This document shows, piece by piece, positions 54,341 through 64,000 of a stretch of 64,000 nucleotides of DNA. This stretch comes from Paragordius varius (Eukaryota; Animalia; Nematomorpha): NCBI GenBank assembly GCA_964247055.1, contig OZ176059.1:1-64000 (forward strand), in the 5' to 3' direction. Position numbers and translations under genes: made by a program. Position 1 is the stretch's first letter; each line of letters opens with the position of its first letter. The notes under the pieces were generated by a model. That model did not search any database. It was not told where the DNA came from and saw only the letters and a program-made list of their open reading frames with translations.

Positions 54341-55139
54341 TTGACTAAACATAGAAATATTTGTATAAATAATTTATTAACTATGAATGCGATAAATTAT
54401 AAAAATTAATCGTATTTTTAGTTAATATAGGTTAACTCTTTTTCACTAACTTTTTGTATAAAATTTAATAAATTGTCAATTATTTCCTTATTCTACTCAC
54501 CAAGTCCAAATTTATAATCATTTTATCCTAAGTTTGCGCATACAAATTTCTATCTCATTTATTAATAATATCGTCACACGTCACAAAAACATGTGTTTTA
54601 AAAACACTAATACACACAGCCTGAAAATCCCAAATAACATCCTTTATAAACGCCCTCAGGATAGTAAAAATTGCCTCAGCTTTCAAATCTATTCAAATTA
54701 GCAGAACCCCATATCATAAGATAAGCATTCGTCAAAACGGCACTAAGGCATATAGACTCTTGTATCTGACTAAAAATAATTATATCACACAATTTGTTAA
54801 TTGACAGTACATCATGATTATAAGTTTATTTAATAAAAAATCAATCGATATTTATGCTCCTCGAGGTGACGATATTTTTCCATCAATATTTTCTGTTATG
54901 ACTTGATTTTAAAAAATATAATATATATTATTATCACTGAAGTAACTTAGAAAATAATGAAAAATAAGGTGTCAAATGGTCATTAAAACAATCCAAAAAT
55001 TCATGACTTGATAATTAAAACGATACCACAACTCAACACTTGTTTATGAATTGATCACTTTATTGAATCAACTCTATTGCATCATATATCGAACTATTTA
55101 ATTTTATTAGCTCCGCTTCTGTATTCATACGCCTACCCC

Positions 55140-58100
55140 ATATCTCCTCAAGTTTGGCTCTTGGAGTATTTCTGGCATTTGGCGGAGGTAAGAATGATTT
55201 GCACAAATAACTCCCTTTAACTTCTTTGCTTTCAGAAAACTCGCTGCACCTTCGATGGTCTCCAAAAATTTGGTCAGCAACTCTCTTTATCAGCAAAGCA
55301 AATTATATGTCTGGAGGAGTTTGGTTCTTGGAGGTTATTAATTATGTACCGCATTCTCATAGATTGGCCGAGCTCCAAATAAAAAATACTAAACACTATA
55401 CGCTTATTAGTGCCCACGGCCTAAATGATGTCTCGGAGTATGCTGAATTTTTGAACGATTTAGAATCCATTCTACATTTGGTTCCAGCACGAAATAATCT
55501 TCTGATATCAAGTGCAGAGTGAGAAGAAACATATCTTCGTGGTCTATTGGAAGACAGACTCTAACTGCTTCCACCAAGACTGGTAAACTTCTTGCATTCT
55601 TTTGAAATGACCGAGGTCTTCTGTTGGCAACACTTTTTTTCCGGATTGCCAACATGGTCTGTACACAAAAATAAGAAATGTGTGCCCTTCCCAAATTTAT
55701 TTCGTCATTGTGCGAGAGAAAGACCTGTCGATGGTTAACAATGTTGGATGCTTGATCAACAACGACCTCATTAGCGATCATCTCTTGATCTGCGCTGAAT
55801 TACAGGTGACATAGATTCCTCCGCGCCCCTTAATAGGTCCAAAATTAAATGAACCACAGTGCTTGGTGAACTCACTTCCAACAGGCAAAGGCATGCTGTC
55901 TACGAGGATTGGTTATCTTCGGGGACTAAACGATTTCCTTATGCGATACGAAGTAAGTGTTACACGAGTCGCCGCAGAGCATGGATCAATGCTAATGTGA
56001 ATCGTTTAAAACGCAACAGGAAAGCGTTTGCTTTACGATATTTTTCTAGGCTGGCAGCTAATGAGAAGCACTGAAGGAAACATTTTTCAATGATTCGCTT
56101 CCTGCTTCGACGGCCCAGGCCCTGCACTAGTCTGCATTCTGATGGCAGGCTGGTAATAGACAGTGCACCGCCATTACAATGATTTGTTGGGGGATAATAA
56201 AGCGGCCCAGGATGACGTTATCAATAACCATCCATTCTCAGTGCAGTTTGATGTAGGGTCCTTTCGACTGGGTATGAATTCTTCCGAAACTATAAATGTA
56301 CAGGACCAGACCACAGCGCAGCTGATGTTTGGAAAAAAGAAATTGATTGGTGCACCGACAACGTCCTGCCTGTATATTGATGGAGGAAAGGGTGGAATAT
56401 GAGTTAATCAATATTGCAAAGCAGGAACCCAGCCATTCCTAAAGATTACAGGTCGTGAACACAGTGTATAAAGTATTGGCCAACATTGCCCTGTCTAGAC
56501 TTCAGTCCTTTGATGATAAACTGCATCATGCAATCTGTGGTTTTAGGCGGGGTAGATGAACAATGGACCTATTCTGCTCTTTGGTAATTTCCATCGAGAA
56601 AAGCAAACGCTATAAACACTTCTCTACCTGGGCTACCTGGATATAACTAAGGCTTTTGATTAACTGGATAGGAAGCACGTCATGCGTTTGCTGAAGAGGG
56701 TTGACATGGAGGAAAATTTTATGAACTTTATAATTCACTTGATAGTGAAACACGTAGTCAGGTGGCAGTTGAAACGACCTATTCGGACAGTGGCGTACCG
56801 ATGGGGGGGCAAGGGGTGCATCATGCCCCGGGTGACTATTACTTTTTATCAAATATCAATGCCTAAACTCAGCGTTTAGCAAATAAACAAAAAATCCGGA
56901 AAGAGAATAAAAAACAAATAAAATGCGAATGAATATGAAATCTTTAACGAAAATATCTGGCCCTAACATTGAAAAAGTGTATGCGACACAAATATAACGG
57001 TACCTCTAAATATAACTACTTAAATACACCAGAAATCCTAGTTATTGTTCCAATAAATAGAGATGAGAAAATTACAAATATACCATTGGTAATTCCAAGC
57101 GCTATACCTATAGAGTTTCATGATGTCGCCTTTTTAAAATTTCTTAATAAAATGTTCCCCTAATATCTAATCAACTCCCAGAAAGATTTATTCGTGGATA
57201 TTAAGGATTTAGATAAATGCAATCTTTTTGAAACACAAAAAATTATCGTTCTATGCCCCAACCTTGGTTTTTTTTCGACGTTGCAGTAAAAAAGAAGGAT
57301 TTAAAATTGAGAGGTCTTGGCTTTTATCAAAGAATAAATCTGTGTATTCTTTTTGTTGCCTACTTTTTAATTGATCTAATTCTTTATCATCTCTTATAAC
57401 TACGCATGATTTTAATAAATGGAGGATAAGAGATAGATTGATCCATCATATAGCCTCAATCATGAGCATTTGAAAGAGGCCGAAAGAAGACTGATAAATA
57501 AAACAGGAATATATTCTGCTCTAGAAGCTCACACAATCGGAAGGATCGATGGCGAAATATTTTATATTGAAAATTGGCCTGCATGAAATTAATCACCCAA
57601 GATCCTCCTTCTCAAGTACATGTTATAAGTTTAATGTATCTAAATGCCTCAGCACCGAATCCTAAAACGTCTTATCTACTAAAACTTGTAGCTCAGTTTG
57701 ACCCAATAATGGGTGAACTTATGAGAAACACTGAATCTCCCACCACTTTATCCTATATTCCACCCAAAATCCAAAACAAGTTTATACATCTTTTAGCTTC
57801 AGCAGTTAAAGCTAAGTTGATCGATGAAATAAAAAAAGTAAATATTATGGACTTATATTTCATTTAACGCCGGATATAGCCCACCGAGAACAAATTTCTC
57901 AAGTTGTCAGGCATGCATTGATAATGATCATAAAAGAATCCTTTTGGGTTTTTTTTCGGTTATTCAAAGATGCAATGTCAATTGAAAAGGTCATTAAAGA
58001 AAATTGAAATATGGATAATATTAAGTTATCAAATTGTAGATCTTAATGCTATGATAAATGCAACTGTGATGTCTGGAATAAAATAAAAGAGCAATATTTA

Positions 58101-58560
58101 TCAACTGTGACGATTATCCCTTGAATTTAGTAAGGAGTTACGGTAGCAAAACAAGATGATTTTGTTGTGACCTGTGGAATAATTGAAAATATCTATTTTT
58201 TCAAGTTCAACTATTAGATGTGACCTAGTTGCAACGTTTGTATTTTTTTTACTAAATTGTAATATTGGTTTTCAAAAAGAAAAGAAGGGGGGCGGTTTTA
58301 TGCCCCAGGCGCTGCAAATGCTAGGTACGCCACTGCGTTGACTATTATTCGGAACGAGGTCTGAAGCAAGGATGCCCTCTGTGGCAAAAACCCTTCAACT
58401 CGGCAATGGACTCAATAGTAAGAAAGTTTCACTCGAGCTTTCCCAACGTCTTTTTCCAAGTACTCTCCTACGCAGATGACCTTTGCATCTTGACGGATTC
58501 GGAGCAAAATCTGGGATAGGCTCTCAATCAACTGGAATCTGAACCGATGCCTTTTGGCTT
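55140..58560 (+). mobile_element. Decayed RTE-like LINE (endonuclease + RT) split by a hAT insertion
   Basis: APE-like LKFGSW, TLISAHG..EFLNDLESIL; RT motifs CGFRRGR, YLDITKAFD, GLKQGCPL, YADD. Confidence 0.75.
56788..58335 (+). mobile_element. hAT element (ZMYM1/DUF4371-like transposase remnant)
   Basis: TIRs CAGTGGCGTACC / GGTACGCCACTG; remnant LSYIPPKIQNKFIHLLASAVKAKLIDEIKK..HREQISQVVR; no clean TSD. Confidence 0.8.
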
Positions 58561-59499
58561 TAATATAGTGAAATATGGATGTGAAAAGCCTTATTAGAAA
58601 ACTAAAAATTTCATATAAAACAAAACCAAATTGCTGTCTCTCAGTTTTTGTCTAGAAGAATATAGATTAGAATGCTTCAAATTTTCTTATTCGTAAAACT
58701 ATAGAGTAAAAAAATTTTAACCAAGTTAGAAATATGTTAATAAATAATTTTATAGAGTTTTTGTCCCGAATAGAAACAAACATCCAAATAAGATTTTATA
58801 ATTTTTCCTTAAATTGTCATTTTTATACTTGCTAATATATTTGCAAATTAAATTTTTAGGGTCTTTATCATGTCATTAACCAAAATACTGATAGATAAAA
58901 TCTATATTAATATAATCAACCTTTCTTTTAATAGGTATGGTACAATACTATGATCATTATACGTAATTAATGATAGTTCTTACTATAAAAATAAGCACAT
59001 TGTGTAAGATATTATTTTCTTGCCTAGGGAGGACATATTTAGCGGATCTGTTTTATCAATTAGAGAGTATGTTAAGAAAAATTTCACGCGGAAAACTCAA
59101 GATTAATAAAATTTTCCAAATATAATTTAATGGCTATTACCTCCTATTTTGTCATAGGTTAGAATTTAAGGAGGTGATATTTAAAAAAATATAAAACTCT
59201 TTAACCGACATACTTCACTTAGATGGTATTTTACTTTTTCTGAAATAATTTAATATAAAGTTATGACCTACTGTAGTATACATGTCATTATATTTACTAC
59301 TTAATTTTATTATTTATTAAGAAAAAATTCTTATTATTGTTCATTAAATTGCTTAATTAAGAACATATTTATAAAATTATTGTTGAAAGACTTGTTTGGT
59401 TGTTAAATGTTGGACTAATAGGTTAAATGATCTCTAGATGAAGGTATATAAGACATGAATCGTCTATGAAAGTCATATTTTGATATTTATATTTTGTTA

Positions 59500-59870
59500 A
59501 CTTCTTCACAATATAAATTGTATCAAATTATTCAACAAATGCCTATGAGTCTAAAAAATCAAAAAATGTCCACGCATGTCGCTAATATCCATTGCTATAG
59601 CTTTACTCCTATTTATACAGGCCATTGACGAGATTAAAAGTAGTGATTCAGGAATTGCCTATAACAATCGAAATCGGCGTCAGAGCGATGATGAGGAAAG
59701 CTCCACAGATGAACCAGTATGAATATTTTTACAAAATATTTTTGTCCTTTACTTTTCCTTTTGTCTCTATAATTTTGATGTATAATCAATAACTTTTCTT
59801 CGGTTGCCCTCATAATGAACTTTGTAGACGGTATACAGCCAAATCTTGAACTGATAATCATACTCTTTTA
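59500..59870 (-). pseudogene. Decayed GPCR fragment (TM5-TM6-like)
   Basis: YWFICGAFLIIALTPISIV (TM6-like) and GCIPSTKFIM..KLLII (TM5-like) in different frames. Confidence 0.3.
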
Positions 59871-59959
59871 TAATAATTTATATAAAATTTTAAATTTTTG
59901 GATAGCAAAAGTTGCCGGTTGGTATTTCTAATTTATTTAATATTAATATTAATTATTAA

Positions 59960-60360
59960 AAAACCAATTTTTCGTTTCGAAATTTTTTCTATTTAACCAT
60001 ATTATTCAATTATAAATGTTTTAAACAAAAAATCGTAATCAAAAAACTTATATATTTTGAATTACATATTAAAACATTGATGAATTTTTTAGAACATAAA
60101 GATACCCGGTTTCTAGAATCAAAAGTAATTTTTTTTAAAAGTTTGGTCAAATCAAGAGAATAGGTAAAAAACATTAAAATATTAATGATACACGGTTTGA
60201 TAGATAAAAGTTAAAAGCAATCTAAAAAAGTTGAAAGTCCAATTTGCAATATTTAGGGAGCAACTTGAAAAGTTAAAGAACCAACTAGAAGTGTGGAGCA
60301 ACACCCGCGAATGTTCAAGGACCAAAGCGAAGTAGAGGCAAATCTTGAAGTGCAAACGGT
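59960..60360. mobile_element. Old truncated foldback family A
   Basis: Family A internal sequence plus degenerate right arm ending TCTTGAAGTGCAAACGGT|AT. Confidence 0.65.
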
Positions 60361-61213
60361 ATGAAAAATAGATATGTTTAGACAGTAAATTATTTATTGC
60401 GTTTTCTCATTATTTGAAACTCTAATATCATTAAATGATATTGCCTTATGATATTATTTATATAAAATCCATCAACTCAAATTTCCCGCAAATATTTTAG
60501 AATCCCTAAACATATCCAATCCCCTTTATATCTAACAAAAATTTGTGATCGATATTTTTTAAATACTCAAAAAGGTTACCCAATTCAAATATTGGTTCTC
60601 CATTAATGATTATATTAATAAAATTATTGATTACTTCGCAGCCCCTTTGTTTTACAATTTTTACAATGAAACATTTTGCAAAGGTTTTTTTATAATAATA
60701 ACATTTGCTTTTTATTTATATATGGTTAAAATCGGTTTATGCCCACGTGTCATGTTTTCTAACTTAAATGTTTTTCCATAACAAATAAAGTGTAATATTG
60801 AATTATTTTTTAAACATATTTATATATTTTAGGAACATCAATTTATTTTTGTCGATTTTCGAAATGATTTAAATTCCATGTTTATGTTATAGCGTTGAAA
60901 AAAAGCACAAGGTGATCAAAAACGCGTTAATTTTAATGTTCAGAGGGAGTTTGTTAAATAAAAAGGTGAATACTATTAAAAAAGTAATAAATTATTAATA
61001 ACTTTTTTCGGATTGTAATGTCTTTAACTTATACATGCTATATATAATTACTACCGTTAAAAATAGATATTATTTTATTTTATAATAATAAATTTTACGT
61101 CATTGACGGTGAGAGAGATTGATTAATATTATTTATGAATTAGCATATTTACCTGATATCTTTTATAGAACAAAATAAGTCAATTTCTCCAGTTTAAATT
61201 AATCAGAAATATT

Positions 61214-62460
61214 ATGGTAGTCAAGTCATATTCATTTAATCAAAATAATTCATGTTTGGAGACACAATGTTTAGTTATACAGTGTTCGAACGAAATTCCT
61301 TCCTGGCAATTGGAAATGCCAATTTCCCAATTCGATACTTTCTTACAAGTGGTAATTTGGCCGATCCTCTCCATAGCCGGCATCTTGGGGAATGCTTTTG
61401 ACCTCATAATATTACGACGAATAAGAAGACATATGACATTTCCAGCTAGTCAGTCGTATTATTATTATTTGACAAGTCTGATTTGGATCAATTTTTGGAA
61501 TTCAATCCTGAGTGTCGTGCATGAAATGCGTCAGATATGTATGAAAATTAAGGATTCTCCATTTGTTGCTAATCCTAACCTTCTTAAAAGCCTTTATGTA
61601 GCACTAATGTTATCTAATGGCTTGGAAGTTGGAGGAACAATAGTTTTAGCATTCATGTTAAGGGACCAGTATGTCTCGTTGGTCCATCCTTTACAACAAT
61701 ACAAACAATACTGTGCAAAATATAGGCTAATTAAGCTCTCTATTCCATGGATAAGTTGTATACTAGCTATCGCCTTTTCATTTACTGCCTTTTTTTGGTA
61801 TAACGTAGAAAAATGTTGGAAATTTAATTGCCCATTTTTAAATGTTACGCAAGACAATTACTTTTATCTTTTATCAAGCGATTTGAAGGAAAACACAGTA
61901 ACAAGCGAAAAGATATATTACTTTGATCGTGAAATATTTGTACTGTATTGGGTAGGTTATTATGATATAATTCGTATGACCCTTTTCTCTATTCTTCCCA
62001 CTTTGATAATCCTGTTTTATGGCATAAAACTAACGTATCTGATAGGGTTAGTGAGACAGGACTCAAATACTCGTAAAAAATATCTTGGCTTGCATTTTAA
62101 GTTTAAAACTATGGAAACTATACAAATTTATACTATAAATGTGAATGAATCTGTTAGAAAAACTACCTCTGTCAAAATAGCTTAACTAAAGAAGCGAGGA
62201 GATTATCAACACTCAATAAAAATGATAAATTGCCAACAGAGCCATTAATAAGAGATTTATCGAACCTTATTTTCATCATATCTTATTGCATCTGTCAATT
62301 GCCAAACGTAATAATGATAACAGCTCGCGAACAAATACAAAATCCTACACTAATTTTGGTTTCGGACACGTCTGTTCTAATGCTTCACACTATGATAGTA
62401 TTTGTTTACATGTTTTGCGACAAAAATTTTCATAAATATTTCCCGCACTGTAAACTTTGA
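61214..62460 (+). CDS. Rhodopsin-class (class A) GPCR, peptide/chemoreceptor-like, split in the third intracellular loop
   Basis: TM1 WPILSIAGILGN, TM3 end RDQYVSLVHP, TM5 LFSILPTLII in 61214-62185; TM6 SYCICQLP and TM7 in the other frame, open from 62158 to 62460. Can be joined by a GTGAGA..TTAG intron (62051-62157) or a 1-nt indel in the A5 run at 62158. Confidence 0.8.
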
Positions 62461-62639
62461 TATAAACTGGAATTTAACAAAATAAAATAAATATAGTATT
62501 GCTTCTGAAATTTGATGTGATAACATTTAACATCAGTTCCTATCATCCATATTTGAACTGAATGGTGGAACGAGTGAGACATACCCTCAAAACACATTAT
62601 CAGGTAGGAGATGACTGTGACTTTCAATCAAAAAATATA

Positions 62640-63328
62640 TAACACCCTTTGGGGATACCGCATTAACATAAACAGTGCTACAAATACATGTCCCGCACAA
62701 CTTTTATAAAACAAACTACGCCCCCAATCTAATCACATGCAAAAACAGACTTCTTAAACGATGTACAAGCGAATCACGAATACCATAAAAACGAAAAAGT
62801 ATATATAAAAAATGAACTAGCGAATGGTTGGCGAGAAGGAATTGTAAATAAACGACTCGGGTTACTCTCATATAATACGAGATGGTAACAAATCATCGGA
62901 AAACGCCGATCAACTGACACCAAGGGAAAGAGGTGAAAGAATGATGGGAAAGACAACTTCGTCCAAAGAAAACCATCATCGCACGACCTATGTGTCAGGT
63001 ACCCTACTGCCACGACCGAGACCCGACCTTACCTCGGCCCCAACTCTCGAAACCCATCATTGAGTTGCCATCCCAACAAACACCCATTATAGCACCTACC
63101 ACTGACACTCATACAGAACAGCGATACCCTACACGAATCCGACACCCACCACATAGATATCAAGGACAGGGAAAGAATTATGTTAAGTTAGATCATACTT
63201 TCGTGGACACAAACGCACCTATATAATTGCAAACAATTATAACTCTTTGTGATACACCCAGTGAATGTTAATTGTAGCTTCAAGCAAAATAGTTAGTATA
63301 TAATTCAAGTTATGTTATATTGCACACA
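62640..63328 (+). mobile_element. Ty3/gypsy 3' remnant (integrase C-terminus, PPT, LTR)
   Basis: LWGYR..SATNTCP and RYPTRIRHPPHRY parallel the 43.4-43.9 kb element; purine tract AGGACAGGGAAAGA followed by TGTT at 63181. Confidence 0.65.
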
Positions 63329-63331
63329 TAT

Positions 63332-63395
63332 CAGTGGCGCTACGGGGAGCTAGGGGGAGCGATGCGGGGGGCCCAAGGCGAAACAGGGGCCCTTT
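63332..63395. mobile_element. hAT-like terminal sequence (single end)
   Basis: CAGTGGCG followed by GC-rich GGGGGCCC subterminal motifs like the other hAT ends. Confidence 0.45.
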
Positions 63396-64000
63396 TTTAT
63401 ATTTTATATTTAATTTGGGGCAAAATTTATTACCTTTTTTTATTTACAGATATGTAAGTAATGATTGCCTGATTGTAAGTATACAGGCAAAGAATAAAGA
63501 GAATAATTATTGATCGAAAGGAAGAAAAAGCGAAAAAATGCATTTATATCATTAATTCAATAAGCGGTTTTATTATGAGTTAACAATTAATAAACACCTT
63601 CAAATTCTCTCCAGTTAACACCTTAAAAAAGTTAAAATAGTTAAAAAATAAATAAATGGGTATAGATATTAACACCAAAAATTAAGTGAAGCTTATAAAT
63701 CTTCAAGCCCGAAATTATTTTTATCGGTTCATGTAGTTTTAATATTATTGAGTTAAAGGAAGAAAGAGTGAAAAATGCATTTTTTCACTATATTTTAAAT
63801 TTTAGCCATAATGATATTGTTTGTTCTTATATTAATTTCTGGCAGTTTTAACACTTGGATACAACACATTCATTTTAGTCCTTCGATTCAAATTGGGGTA
63901 GTTAAATACCCCAGGCCTGTTTAAAATTAAATTTTTTAAAGTATATGGAAGGAATTGATACCATTGCAAAATTTTGCACTTATATAACATTAATAAACCG

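Noticed and set aside
55060-55296. 78-aa minus-strand ORF
   Set aside because: Antisense to the LINE endonuclease start.

Overview
Very AT-rich eukaryotic (animal-type) chromosome end. About 3 kb of (CCCTAA)n telomere is joined abruptly to transposon-rich subtelomeric DNA. By hand-splicing short GT-AG introns I built three minus-strand gene models that the ORF track largely misses. (1) An 11-exon micro-exon gene (14157-16574) whose internal exons are all symmetric phase-1 (12, 12, 21, 24, 39, 39, 42 nt plus two larger ones), an architecture like schistosome micro-exon genes. (2) A signal-peptide protein with two FN3-like domains and one frame disruption (34286-35989). (3) An orphan secreted protein of about 423 aa (47114-51249). 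There is also one near-intact rhodopsin-class GPCR (61214-62460) and three decayed GPCR-like remnants. Mobile DNA includes: a set of foldback elements with different internal sequences but the same ACCATTT...AAATGGT termini and 21-bp subterminal tandem units; an abundant Tc1/mariner-like palindromic MITE; several hAT derivatives; RTE-type LINE fragments; a tRNA-derived SINE; and a Ty3/gypsy element with LTRs and TSD that has lost its RT core and RNase H. All gene models are manual and untested by RNA data or homology search; repeat boundaries are approximate unless TIR/TSD positions are quoted.
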